Shown here: positions 30,088 through 39,827 of the stretch, piece after piece | How positions within the stretch are numbered: the stretch's first letter is position 1 | Layout of the letters: the number at the start of each line of letters is the position of its first letter | Source: Endomicrobiales bacterium | GTDB taxonomy: Bacteria > Elusimicrobiota > Endomicrobiia > Endomicrobiales > JALOBY01 | Direction: 5' to 3' | Length of the DNA: 64,000 bases | Assembly (NCBI GenBank): GCA_963796955.1 | Contig: CAWCNJ010000008.1 | Location: 352,001-416,000 of the forward strand | Translations under genes and position numbers: made by a program | The notes under the pieces: generated by a model | Told to the model about the DNA's origin: nothing | Seen by the model: the letters and a program-made list of their open reading frames with translations, nothing else | Databases searched by the model: none

Positions 30088-31392
30088 ATGGCAAAAAAGA
30101 TAAAGCTCTACCCTATAACAGGCGGTATAACGCCACCGTTCATTAACCCCTCTGATGTAGGTATTGAAACACTGCCGCTGCCGAAACGCGTCGTGCTGCC
30201 GCTGGTCGATACTTTTGGCCGCAAAGCGACACTTACCGTCCGTTCCGGCGACAGAGTTCTTACCGGCCAGGTAATAGCCGAATCTACCGGTAAAACAGGC
30301 AATCCTGTTTGCGCCTCGCTATCGGGAACCGTATCGATCGAACCATTTCTGCACCCGCTCTTCGGCTGCCCGGTTGAGTCCGCCGTGATCACTTCAGACT
30401 CCTTGGACCGGGCCGCGCCGCCGCAAAAGACCAGGGGAGACTATTACCGTTACCCTGCACCCGAATTGATAACCGCCATACGTAATGCCGCTATTACCGG
30501 CTACGGCGGAGCAGCCCTTCATGACCAGCTTACGGAAGGGTGCCGCCATGAAGCCTCTGTGCTTATTGTTGACGCGACCGACGCGGAACCCTACGTCTTT
30601 GCTGAACCACGGCTCCTTATCGAGCGGGCAAAGGACGTAACGGACGGCATTCGCGTACTGATGTATATACTTGATGCCTTTAAATGCGTGATAACCGTTA
30701 CCGCGCAGACAGCGCAGACGGCAACCGCGCTTAAAACTGTTTTATTCGACGAGCCTAACATTTTTCTAGCAACCCTGCCGCGCGTTCACCCGACGGGTTT
30801 TTCGCACCAGCTTATCAGAGCTGTTACCGGTGCGAAAACAATTCCTGTACGCGGCGGTGCCGTTTTCATAACGCCCTCAGCGGTGATCGCCGTCAATGAT
30901 GCGATAAAAGAAGGCCGGCCTGCCATAAGCCGGGCAGTCAGTCTGGGCGGTAAAGGTCTGTCAACGTTCAAAACAGTACTGGTTCGCAACGGCACGCTGC
31001 TGTCTGATATAATGGCTTTTGCCGCCGGGAAAGATGACGACCTGTCCATGCCTGTTGCGGGCGGTCCCTTAAGCGGCAAAACCTTACCGTCGCTTGAAGT
31101 ACCTGTACTACCCGAAACCGCGGCTATCACGTTCCTTTCAAAAGATGAGCTCAGTACTACGCCGTCAAAACAATGCGTTCGCTGCGGCGCCTGCGTACGG
31201 ATATGCCCGGAATCAATTAACCCGGCTTTGCTCAGCGTGTCGGCCCAGCATAAAGACTGGCGGGAATTTGCACGGTACCGTCCGGATGCCTGCACGGAAT
31301 GCGGCTGCTGCGCCTATGTGTGCCCCGCAAACAGGCCCATAGTCCGCCAGATCCGCGAAGGGAAAACCCATTCGCAAAGAGACAAAATATGA
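30088..31392 (+). CDS. rnfC: RnfC/RsxC-like protein (divergent)
   Basis: V..GD.V..GQ.IA, EPY, GGP..G and two CxxCxxCxxxCP motifs; flavin/NADH motifs are degenerate. Confidence 0.8.
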   Translation: MAKKIKLYPITGGITPPFINPSDVGIETLPLPKRVVLPLVDTFGRKATLTVRSGDRVLTGQVIAESTGKTGNPVCASLSGTVSIEPFLHPLFGCPVESAVITSDSLDRAAPPQKTRGDYYRYPAPELITAIRNAAITGYGGAALHDQLTEGCRHEASVLIVDATDAEPYVFAEPRLLIERAKDVTDGIRVLMYILDAFKCVITVTAQTAQTATALKTVLFDEPNIFLATLPRVHPTGFSHQLIRAVTGAKTIPVRGGAVFITPSAVIAVNDAIKEGRPAISRAVSLGGKGLSTFKTVLVRNGTLLSDIMAFAAGKDDDLSMPVAGGPLSGKTLPSLEVPVLPETAAITFLSKDELSTTPSKQCVRCGACVRICPESINPALLSVSAQHKDWREFARYRPDACTECGCCAYVCPANRPIVRQIREGKTHSQRDKI

Positions 31393-32318
31393 GCCATCAC
31401 CATAAACGCAAACCGGTACAGGGAGACCTGTTCATACCGCACCAGGCCGAGCCGCATAAGCCAGAGCCGGGCAAAACAGAGCCGACACGGACTATTGAAC
31501 CTGAGGTCACACTGAAGACAGTGCCTCCCCATGTTGTAAAAGAAATCTTCAGCACAGCGGTCTGGCCATACATTCACAACGGCTCGTCGACAAAAGAACT
31601 GGCCTTTGTATGGCTTGCAGCCCTGATACCCGGGTTCGCCATTTACATTTACAGCGGTACCGCGCATCTAGCAACGGCTCTGTGCGCGGTAGCAGGAAGC
31701 GTCCTGGCAAAAATAGTGTGGCAAAAAATGAGTTTCGTTGAAAATGACCGTCCGTTCGTTCACGCGGTTTATAACGGGCTTCTGGCCTCATTGTTAATAC
31801 CGCCGGACATACCGTTATGGGTTACCTTATCCGGCATGATACTTGCCGTATCACTGACGAACGCCGCGTTATACAAGCTGCATGCGCGCTTAATCAATCC
31901 GGCGCTTTTGACCGGAGCGGTACTGTCATTAATATATCCCGCCAGCTTTCAGGCGATGCCGGCTATCGGCATGCCGCTGCTGCTGGCGCTGGCAGTCGGC
32001 GGGGTCTTTCTTGCGACTTCGAAATTGATAACACTGTTCCCGTCGCTGATACTCTTTTTAACACAGATGATAGCCAGATGGCTCAATTCATCGGCGACGA
32101 CCGCGGTAACGGCCCTTACCGTGACCGCCATGCTGTTCCTGGTTCCCGACTATGATAACAGCCCGCTGTTCGCGCGCACCAAGCTTTTACAGGCGATGAT
32201 CATTGCGGTGCTGATGCTGGCTCTGGGATCGTGGACACCCCTTGCGGCCCCGCTGCTTATTGCCATGCTTATCGCCTCACTTTTAACGCCTGTGCTGGAT
32301 CGTATACATGCAAAATAA
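31389..32318 (+). CDS. rnfD: RnfD/NqrB-like membrane protein (divergent, shortened)
   Basis: P.IH, ALIP, LLIPP..PLW, NPAL, GG.FL motifs; start ATG 31389 (ATGA overlap). Confidence 0.7.
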   Translation: MSHHHKRKPVQGDLFIPHQAEPHKPEPGKTEPTRTIEPEVTLKTVPPHVVKEIFSTAVWPYIHNGSSTKELAFVWLAALIPGFAIYIYSGTAHLATALCAVAGSVLAKIVWQKMSFVENDRPFVHAVYNGLLASLLIPPDIPLWVTLSGMILAVSLTNAALYKLHARLINPALLTGAVLSLIYPASFQAMPAIGMPLLLALAVGGVFLATSKLITLFPSLILFLTQMIARWLNSSATTAVTALTVTAMLFLVPDYDNSPLFARTKLLQAMIIAVLMLALGSWTPLAAPLLIAMLIASLLTPVLDRIHAK

Positions 32319-32970
32319 ATCCGGTTTACTTATTTTCGATCTGGACGGTACGCTGATTGATTCTGTCGTTGACCTGACCAGTACGCTGAATTTCGCGCTT
32401 GGCCGGCAAAAAATAGGATCACTCGGCGTCGATAACGTCAAATTACTGATCGGCGACGGGATAGACGACCTGCTGATAAAAGCGGTTTCAACCATAAAAC
32501 ATGCCGATGTTGTCAAACTAAAAGGAGATTTCACGTACTACTACATGGACCACCTGACCGACAAGACACGGCTGTACCCGAATATTGTTGATATACTTGA
32601 GAATGTCACGTTTGATAAAGCCATCTTGACCAACAAAAGGATCGGCCCCACTGAAAAGATATGTTCGATGCTTGCTATAACAAAATATTTCAAGACCATC
32701 ATCGGCGGGGCGGAAGGCATTAAGCTTAAACCGGATCCGGAACAAATTTTAAAACTTACCGCCGGCTATGATCGTGAGAAATGCTACATGATCGGCGACG
32801 GCATAAACGACATCCTGGCGGCCCGCGCGGCGGGGATACGCTCTATTTCGGCCGGCTACGGCTACACCAATAAAGAAAGATTACTGGAACTGAAACCCGA
32901 TATATTCGTTGAAGATACGGCTTCGCTGAAAACATTCTTATCAGGATTAAAGGGAGAGGCTTATGCTTGA
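32308..32970 (+). CDS. HAD-family phosphatase (phosphoglycolate phosphatase-like)
   Basis: FDLDGTL.DS, TNK, KPDP, IGD...D motifs. Confidence 0.9.
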   Translation: MQNKSGLLIFDLDGTLIDSVVDLTSTLNFALGRQKIGSLGVDNVKLLIGDGIDDLLIKAVSTIKHADVVKLKGDFTYYYMDHLTDKTRLYPNIVDILENVTFDKAILTNKRIGPTEKICSMLAITKYFKTIIGGAEGIKLKPDPEQILKLTAGYDREKCYMIGDGINDILAARAAGIRSISAGYGYTNKERLLELKPDIFVEDTASLKTFLSGLKGEAYA

Positions 32971-33521
32971 AAAACTAAAGCAGGTAGCGGAAAGGATCAG
33001 ATCATTAAGAGAGATAACCGGTTTATCGGTCGCGACAATAGCTGGAAAACTAAAGATCAATAAGGCTCTGCTTGAGGGCTATGAAAAGCGGCGCCAGCGA
33101 CATACCGGTCAGCATTCTCTATGAGCTTGCCGGCATATATAACGTTGAATTGACCGCGCTGCTCACGGGCGAAGAACCCAGGATGCACGAATACTCGTTG
33201 GTACGCAAAGGCAAGGGGGCGCGCGTGGAACGGCGCAAGGAATATGACTACCAGGACCTGGCCTATAATTTTAAGGGCAAGAAAGCGGAGATTTTTTATA
33301 TTACCGTAAACCCGAGGGATGCCTCCCACAAACACGCACCCTACGCGCACGAGGGTCAGGAGTTCGCCTACATGCTCGAAGGTTCCATGAAGGTGCTGCT
33401 GGACAACCACGAGCTTGAACTGAACCCCGGCGATTCATTCTATTTTGACCCGCGGCATGCGCACGCCATGGCCGCGCTGCATAATAAGCCCGCGACGTTT
33501 CTGGCGGTTATCATAAAATAA
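32963..33521 (+). CDS. XRE HTH-cupin transcriptional regulator, +1 frameshift in A4 at 33084-33087
   Basis: ATG 32963 reads MLEKLKQVAERIRSLRE...EGYE and joins SGASDIPVS...HEGQEF if one A is removed. Confidence 0.85.
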
Positions 33522-33533
33522 CCCGGAGGGAAT

Positions 33534-35198
33534 ATGGCCGCGATATTGGACAAGTATCTTAAGAAAACAACATTCGGTTCCTATGAGCAGTTCATTCAAG
33601 ATTTTAAGATAGAAGTGCCGCCGTCATTTAACTTCGCCTTTGATATTGTCGATGAGATCGCTAAAAGATCGCCGGAAAAGACCGCGCTGGTCTGGTGCGA
33701 CGAAACGGGAGCCGAAGAAAAATTCACGTTCGCACAAATGAAGGAATACAGCGACAAGGCCGCCAACTTTCTAGTCTCCATCGGCATCAGGAAAGGCGAC
33801 CCGGTCATGCTGATCCTGAAGCGCAGATATGAGTTCTGGTTCGCAAGCCTTGCGCTCCACAAGATCGGTGCGATATGCATCCCCGCCACGCACCTGCTGA
33901 CGGTTAAAGACATTGTGTACCGCAACAACGCGGCAAAGATCAAAATGATAATCTCCGTCGCGGACCAGGAAGTGATCAACCGCGTTGACGAAGCCGCAGC
34001 GCATTCCCCGACACTGCAGCACAAAGCCACCCTGGGAGACTTTAACGGGTGGCTTAACTTCAACACACGCTCCGCTGCCGCATCGGGAAAATTTGAAAGG
34101 CCGACGGGGAAACTTGCATCTAAGAACAGCGATATATTCCTGTTGTATTTCACCTCCGGCACTACCGCGATGCCGAAAATGGTGCGTCATGATTTCACCT
34201 ATCCGTTAGGACACATTATTACCGCGAAATACTGGCAGAATGTCACCACGGACGGTCTGCACCTTACGGTCGCCGATACCGGCTGGGCGAAATCGGCATG
34301 GGGGAAGATCTACGGCCAGTGGATAGCCGAAACGGCGATCTTCGTGTATGACTACAACAGATTCGTTCCGAAGGATATGCTGAACGTGATCACGAAGCAC
34401 GGCGTAACCACTTTTTGTGCGCCCCCCACCATATTCCGCTATTTGATAAAAGAAGATCTTTCGAAATTCGATTTCTCAAAATTAAGCTATTGCATGGTCG
34501 CAGGAGAGCCGCTTAACCCCGAAGTCTACAACCAGTTCCTGAAGGCGACCGGCATAAAACTGATGGAAGGGTACGGCCAGACAGAAACAGTAGTACTGGT
34601 AGCCACCTACCCATGGATGGAACCTAAACCAGGATCCATGGGCAAACCTTCACCGGGTTTTGACGTGGATATCGTCGATGAAAATTATAAATCCTGTGAA
34701 GCAGGCGAAGAAGGCCAGGTTATAATTCGCACCGGCAAAAAACCGCCGGTGGGCATGTTCGGTGGTTATTACGGTGATGACGCGCTTACCGGCAAGGTCT
34801 GGCACGACGGCATGTATTTCACGGGAGATATGGCTTACCGCGACGAAGACGGCTATTTCTGGTACGTGGGCCGCGCCGATGACGTCTTCAAAAGTTCCGG
34901 CTACCGCATAGGGCCCTTTGAGGTAGAAAGCGCCCTGCTTGAACACAAAGCCGTTCTTGAATGCGCCATAACCGCTGTCCCCGACCCGGACCGCGGCCAG
35001 ATAATCAAAGCCACGATCGTTCTTGCCAAAGGCTACACAGGCAGTGACGAACTGGCGAAAGAACTCCAGGAACACGTAAAGAAAGTAACCGCCCCGTATA
35101 AGTACCCGAGGATCGTGGAATTCGTGACCGAACTCCCCAAAACCATCAGCGGCAAGATCCGCAGGGTGGAAATACGAAACAACGACAAGAAAAAGTAG
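33534..35198 (+). CDS. AMP-forming acyl-CoA synthetase (ACSM-like)
   Basis: YFTSGTT..PK, YGQTET, TGD, GRADD, PKTISGK motifs. Confidence 0.93.
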   Translation: MAAILDKYLKKTTFGSYEQFIQDFKIEVPPSFNFAFDIVDEIAKRSPEKTALVWCDETGAEEKFTFAQMKEYSDKAANFLVSIGIRKGDPVMLILKRRYEFWFASLALHKIGAICIPATHLLTVKDIVYRNNAAKIKMIISVADQEVINRVDEAAAHSPTLQHKATLGDFNGWLNFNTRSAAASGKFERPTGKLASKNSDIFLLYFTSGTTAMPKMVRHDFTYPLGHIITAKYWQNVTTDGLHLTVADTGWAKSAWGKIYGQWIAETAIFVYDYNRFVPKDMLNVITKHGVTTFCAPPTIFRYLIKEDLSKFDFSKLSYCMVAGEPLNPEVYNQFLKATGIKLMEGYGQTETVVLVATYPWMEPKPGSMGKPSPGFDVDIVDENYKSCEAGEEGQVIIRTGKKPPVGMFGGYYGDDALTGKVWHDGMYFTGDMAYRDEDGYFWYVGRADDVFKSSGYRIGPFEVESALLEHKAVLECAITAVPDPDRGQIIKATIVLAKGYTGSDELAKELQEHVKKVTAPYKYPRIVEFVTELPKTISGKIRRVEIRNNDKKK

Positions 35199-35206
35199 CC
35201 TCTATA

Positions 35207-35235
35207 TTGAATTATTAACATAAATATGTTATATT
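35207..35235 (+). promoter_or_regulatory. Sigma70 promoter of the rpsB operon
   Basis: TTGAAT-17 nt-TATATT with extended TG. Confidence 0.7.
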
Positions 35236-35246
35236 CTTTCAACTAA

Positions 35247-35385
35247 GCGGCCGAAAGGCCGCGATCTCGCACGCTTCCGGATTGCTCTTGGTCCCCGCCT
35301 CGGCGGGGTAAGAGATAAGTAAGGAAGCGGAGGTCCGCCGTAGCTTTAGCGAAGGCGGAAAAAAACCAAAAGGAGTCGTAACCAC
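35247..35385 (+). ncRNA. rpsB (S2) leader RNA / t44-like autoregulatory element
   Basis: GCGGCC-GAAA-GGCCGC hairpin; CGCTTCC pairs with GGAAGCG followed by GAGG; TTGGT/ACCAA pseudoknot; lies directly upstream of rpsB. Confidence 0.75.
35334..35359. repeat. 26-bp REP-like palindromic element
   Basis: TCCGCCGTAGCTTTAGCGAAGGCGGA; related copies at 46492-46547. Confidence 0.75.
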
Positions 35386-36195
35386 ATGGCAAACATTTCC
35401 ATGAAGGCGTTGTTGGAAGCCGGCGTTCATTTCGGTCATCAGACCAGGCGCTGGAACCCCAAGATGGCGAAGTACATTTTCGGCACCCGTAACAAGATCC
35501 ACATTATCGACCTGCAGAAAACCGTCAAAGAACTGAAAAAATGCTACAAAGTCGTTCGCGATGCCGTCACCGAGAACCGCACGATCCTTTTCGTCGGCAC
35601 CAAGAAACAGGCTCAGACCCCCGTTAAGGAAGAAGCGATACGCTGCGGAGCATTCTTCGTCAGCGACAGATGGCTCGGCGGAACGCTCACCAACTTCGAA
35701 ACCCTGAAAAAATCAATCGCCCGCCTGAATGAACTTGAAAGAATGAAGGCTGACGGCATATTCGGCGTACTCTCCAAAAAAGAAGTTTCCATGAAAGAAA
35801 GAGAACGCGCGCGTCTGGTGAAATCCCTTGAAGGCATCAAGGACATGAAGAACCTGCCGGGCATGCTCTTCATCGTAGATCCTACCGAAGAAGCGACAGC
35901 GGTAGCAGAAGCACGCAAACTTAACATTCCTATAGTCGCCATTTGCGATACCAACTGTGACCCCGACCTTATAGACCATCCGATCCCGGGTAACGACGAC
36001 GCCATCCGTGCGGTAAAGCTGTTCTGCTCGCTGATCGCCGACGCGGTGCTTGAAGGAAAGGGCATGAGCCAGAAATCAGCCGAAGGTGAGGCAGCGGCAG
36101 CCGCTGCAGCGCCGAACGCCACCATAGAACAAGTTGTTGCCGCCGCTGAAATGAACACACCAGCAGCAACCAAAGAAAGCGAGGTACTTAAATAA
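35386..36195 (+). CDS. rpsB: 30S ribosomal protein S2
   Basis: [34 protein letters not shown]. Confidence 0.99.
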   Translation: MANISMKALLEAGVHFGHQTRRWNPKMAKYIFGTRNKIHIIDLQKTVKELKKCYKVVRDAVTENRTILFVGTKKQAQTPVKEEAIRCGAFFVSDRWLGGTLTNFETLKKSIARLNELERMKADGIFGVLSKKEVSMKERERARLVKSLEGIKDMKNLPGMLFIVDPTEEATAVAEARKLNIPIVAICDTNCDPDLIDHPIPGNDDAIRAVKLFCSLIADAVLEGKGMSQKSAEGEAAAAAAAPNATIEQVVAAAEMNTPAATKESEVLK

Positions 36196-36800
36196 TGCCT
36201 ACCATGGAACTTATTTCTAAACTGCGCGGGATGACCGGTGCAGGAATAGCTGATTGTAAAGTTGCGCTTGTTGAATCAAAAGATGATATAGACCTTGCGA
36301 TCAAATGGCTTCGCGAAAAAGGCATTTCCTCTGCCGTAAAACGCGCCGAGAGAAAGGCCAATCAGGGCCTGGTGCACTCCTACATCCACGCCGGCGGAAA
36401 ACTTGGCGTGCTGGTGGAAGTTAACTGCGAAACGGACTTCGTAGCCCGCACGGATGATTTCCAGAACCTTGTTAAAGAGATCGCCATGCAGGTAGCGGCC
36501 GCCAACCCGTTGTATGTGCGCCGTGAAGACGTGCCGGGCGAAGTTATCGAAAAAGAAAAAGAGATCTATAAGAACCAGCTGAAGGAAGAGGGCAAACCCA
36601 AACCCGAAGCGGTAATGGAAAAAATAATAGTCGGTAAACTTGAAAAATTCTACAGCGAAGTCTGCCTGCTGGAACAGCCGTCCATACGAGACACATCCGG
36701 CAAAGAAAAAATCAAAGATAACGTCGCAGCGGCTATCGGCAAGATCGGCGAGAACATAGTAGTGCGCCGCTTCGCCCGCTTCCGTCTAGGGGAAGAATGA
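36195..36800 (+). CDS. tsf: Elongation factor Ts (short form)
   Basis: EVNCETDFVA, GENIVVRRF.RF. Confidence 0.98.
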   Translation: MPTMELISKLRGMTGAGIADCKVALVESKDDIDLAIKWLREKGISSAVKRAERKANQGLVHSYIHAGGKLGVLVEVNCETDFVARTDDFQNLVKEIAMQVAAANPLYVRREDVPGEVIEKEKEIYKNQLKEEGKPKPEAVMEKIIVGKLEKFYSEVCLLEQPSIRDTSGKEKIKDNVAAAIGKIGENIVVRRFARFRLGEE

Positions 36801-37507
36801 CCTACAAAAGGGTTTTGCTTAAACTTTCAGGCGAATCATTATCCGGCGGGAACAGCGCCGGAGGGATAACGCCTGAAGGTTTGTCTAAGGTAACAACAGA
36901 GATCAAGGAAGCCGCAAAAAACGGCGTCCAGATGGCTATAGTTATCGGCGGCGGCAACTTCTGGCGCGGCGCTACAAAAGATATGGACAGGGTCACCGCC
37001 GACTATATCGGTATGCTTGCGACGGTAATGAACGCCCTTGCATTGGCGGACGCGCTGTCCGCTAAAGGCATACCTGCTGTGGCACTCAGCGCGTTTAACG
37101 TATCGAAGATCGCGCAGCTCTATACCAGGGAAAAAGCGGTCGCCTATCTTAATGAAGGCAGCGTCGTTATATTATGCGGCGGTACCGGCAATCCCTTCTT
37201 CACCACGGACACCACCTCAGCGCTGCGCGCGCTTGAAATAAGCGCTGAAGTCGTTTTAAAAGCGACCCAGGTAGACGGTGTTTACGACGCGGACCCTAAA
37301 AAGAACCCGTCGGCCAAACGATACGATACGCTGAGTTTCAGTGAAGCAATAGAAAAGAACCTTAAGATAATGGATCTGGCCGCGTTCTCTCTCTGTCGCG
37401 AGAACGAACTTCCCGTGATGGTCTTTGATTTTCATAAGACCGGCAATCTGGCCAAAGCCGTTGCCGGCGAAAAGATCGGAACTATAGTTAATGGAGGGAA
37501 CGCTTGA
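36797..37507 (+). CDS. pyrH: UMP kinase
   Basis: RVLLKLSGE, GGGNFWRG, NPFFTTD. Confidence 0.98.
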   Translation: MTYKRVLLKLSGESLSGGNSAGGITPEGLSKVTTEIKEAAKNGVQMAIVIGGGNFWRGATKDMDRVTADYIGMLATVMNALALADALSAKGIPAVALSAFNVSKIAQLYTREKAVAYLNEGSVVILCGGTGNPFFTTDTTSALRALEISAEVVLKATQVDGVYDADPKKNPSAKRYDTLSFSEAIEKNLKIMDLAAFSLCRENELPVMVFDFHKTGNLAKAVAGEKIGTIVNGGNA

Positions 37508-38064
37508 GTTACGCACAGATGATAAAGAACGGCGAAGAACCGATGAAAAAAGTTATAGACCGAATGCAGACGGAATTCTCATCTCTGCGTACCGGCAGGG
37601 CGAATGTGGCTCTGCTCGCTAATGTCAAAGTTGAAAGCTATGGATCCATGATGGCCCTTAATCAGGTCGCCGGTCTCTCTGTCCCGGACGGCCGCACCAT
37701 AGAGATACGCCCCTGGGACGCCTCACAGCTGTCGGCTATCGAAAAAGCGTTGCAGAAAGCGGATCTGGGCATGGCACCGATCAACGACGGCAAACTTATA
37801 CGGCTTGCGGTGCCCATGATGACCGAAGAACGCCGCAAAGAAATGGTTAAATCCATTCACAAAATGGCCGAAGAATTCCGTATCTCCATACGCAATGAAA
37901 GGCGCAAGATAAATGATGAGATCAAACAGGCCGAAAAAGACAAAAAGCTTACCGAAGACGAACGCAAAAAAGGCGAGCAGGAGCTGAACAAATTCACGGA
38001 CGCCTACATACATAAGATAGACGAACTGATAAAAACAAAAGAAAAAGACATAATGGAAGTATAG
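37504..38064 (+). CDS. frr: Ribosome recycling factor
   Basis: RTGRAN, TEERRK, KEKDIMEV; TTG start. Confidence 0.98.
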   Translation: MSYAQMIKNGEEPMKKVIDRMQTEFSSLRTGRANVALLANVKVESYGSMMALNQVAGLSVPDGRTIEIRPWDASQLSAIEKALQKADLGMAPINDGKLIRLAVPMMTEERRKEMVKSIHKMAEEFRISIRNERRKINDEIKQAEKDKKLTEDERKKGEQELNKFTDAYIHKIDELIKTKEKDIMEV

Positions 38065-38085
38065 TTCATAACAGGAGAGAACAAA

Positions 38086-38262
38086 ATGGCATTCAAGATC
38101 GATTCAGATGCGTGTGCGCAGTGCGGAGTATGCGAAGGGACGTGCGGAGTTCAGGCTATAGCACAAATTGACGGCAAATATACGATCGATGCTGAAAAGT
38201 GCGTGGATTGCGGCGCGTGCGCCGAAGCCTGCCCGGTGAACGCGATCAGCGCGGTAAAATAA
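38086..38262 (+). CDS. 2[4Fe-4S] clostridial-type ferredoxin (58 aa, absent from ORF track)
   Basis: MAFKIDSDACAQCGVCEGTCGVQAI...CVDCGACAEACPVNAI; AGGAG RBS. Confidence 0.93.
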   Translation: MAFKIDSDACAQCGVCEGTCGVQAIAQIDGKYTIDAEKCVDCGACAEACPVNAISAVK

Positions 38263-38287
38263 GAATTCTTTTTTTAACACCTCCCCT

Positions 38288-38992
38288 GTGATAAAAGAAC
38301 TTGAAGGTCAGCGGCTGCCGCGCCACATAGCTATCATTATGGATGGCAACGGTCGTTGGGCGAAAAAACGCGGGCTGCCCAGGATAATGGGCCACAGGGA
38401 AGGCGCTAAAACAGTTAAGGAAATAGTTACGGCCTGCGCGGAACTTGGCATAGAGGTGCTTACGCTCTATGCCTTTTCTACGGAAAACTGGTCCCGGCCG
38501 AAAACCGAGATCGCGGGCCTGATGAAGATCCTTGAGACGTACCTTAAATGCGAGCTCAGAACTTTCCAGGACAATAATGTGCGCCTTGCAGTTATTGGCG
38601 ATATGAACGCCCTGCCTGAAAGTTCGGTGAATGCTTTGCGCAAAGTTACCGCGGCCACGGATAAGAACACCGGCATGGTGCTTAACCTGGCCCTTAATTA
38701 CGGCGGTCGTCAGGACATAGTGAACGCGGTCAACCAGGCGCTGAAGAACGGCGCTACAAAGATCACAGAAGAACTAATTACGGGAAACCTTTATACGGCC
38801 GGTCAGCCGGATCCCGATCTCCTTATCAGAACATCGGGCGAAATGCGGATATCGAATTTCCTTTTGTGGCAGACAGCGTACAGTGAATTTTTTGTTACCC
38901 AAGTCCTTTGGCCGGATTTTAAAAAGAAACATCTGTATAGCGCACTTGAAGAATATCAAAATCGTGAACGCCGTTTCGGGGGCCTGAAATAA
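38288..38992 (+). CDS. uppS: Undecaprenyl diphosphate synthase
   Basis: HIAIIMDGNGRWA, FSTENW.RP, RTSGE.R.SNFL. Confidence 0.97.
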   Translation: MIKELEGQRLPRHIAIIMDGNGRWAKKRGLPRIMGHREGAKTVKEIVTACAELGIEVLTLYAFSTENWSRPKTEIAGLMKILETYLKCELRTFQDNNVRLAVIGDMNALPESSVNALRKVTAATDKNTGMVLNLALNYGGRQDIVNAVNQALKNGATKITEELITGNLYTAGQPDPDLLIRTSGEMRISNFLLWQTAYSEFFVTQVLWPDFKKKHLYSALEEYQNRERRFGGLK

Positions 38993-39816
38993 TGCTGCTA
39001 CCACGTTTAATTACCGCGATCATCGGCATACCGTTAATACTCCTTTCGGTGTTCTGGGGGGGCATACCCTTCTTTCTTCTCATCATGGTAGTAATGCTGT
39101 TCTCTCTATGGGAATTTTTGCTTATGGCGGAGGCAGCGGGGTATCAGACACTGAAAGTGACCGGCATGGCAACCGGCTTCGTGCTTTTTGTGTCTATATT
39201 CCTGAACAGCGCCATGTCCTGGTCTGTCGCCGACAATCAGGGAACACCCGCGATACTATCCATTTTGTTGATCCCTTTTTTCGCAGTTGAATTTTTCCGC
39301 AGAAAACCTGAAAGGGCGATAGAACGGGTCGCTATAACGTTCTTCGGCGCATTTCTTATTCCCTGGTCGCTGGGACACCTGCTGTTGATCCGAGACCTCC
39401 GCCCGGCGGGCATGGGCTATGTGTACCTGTTATTCATCACCACCTGGTTCCTGGACACCGGCGCCTACGCCGTGGGCCGCAAATGGGGGCGTATACCGTT
39501 ATTGCCTGCGGTCAGCCCCAAGAAAACGGTGGAAGGTTTCGTCGGCGGCCTGGTTACGGGCTGTCTTACGGCAATACTTTGTAAATATGTTTTCTTGAAG
39601 GATTCCTTAACAGTAAGCGAAGCTGCCTTTATAGGTATACTGCTTGCATTGGTGGGTCAGTTCTCAGATCTCGCCGAGTCGCTGCTAAAACGCGACGCGG
39701 GCATAAAAGATTCCGCGAACCTTCTGCCCGGGCACGGCGGCATGCTGGACCGTTTCGACTCTTACCTTTTTGCCGCCCCGGTCCTGTACTACTTCCTTAC
39801 CATCCTGCATAAATAA
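38992..39816 (+). CDS. cdsA: Phosphatidate cytidylyltransferase
   Basis: SPKKT.EG, KD....PGHGG.LDRFDS. Confidence 0.96.
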   Translation: MLLPRLITAIIGIPLILLSVFWGGIPFFLLIMVVMLFSLWEFLLMAEAAGYQTLKVTGMATGFVLFVSIFLNSAMSWSVADNQGTPAILSILLIPFFAVEFFRRKPERAIERVAITFFGAFLIPWSLGHLLLIRDLRPAGMGYVYLLFITTWFLDTGAYAVGRKWGRIPLLPAVSPKKTVEGFVGGLVTGCLTAILCKYVFLKDSLTVSEAAFIGILLALVGQFSDLAESLLKRDAGIKDSANLLPGHGGMLDRFDSYLFAAPVLYYFLTILHK

Positions 39817-39827
39817 CCAAGGTCATC

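Noticed and set aside
35213..35240. TATTAACATAA resembling a XerD arm
   Set aside because: Spacing and the XerC arm do not fit; it is explained by the rpsB promoter.
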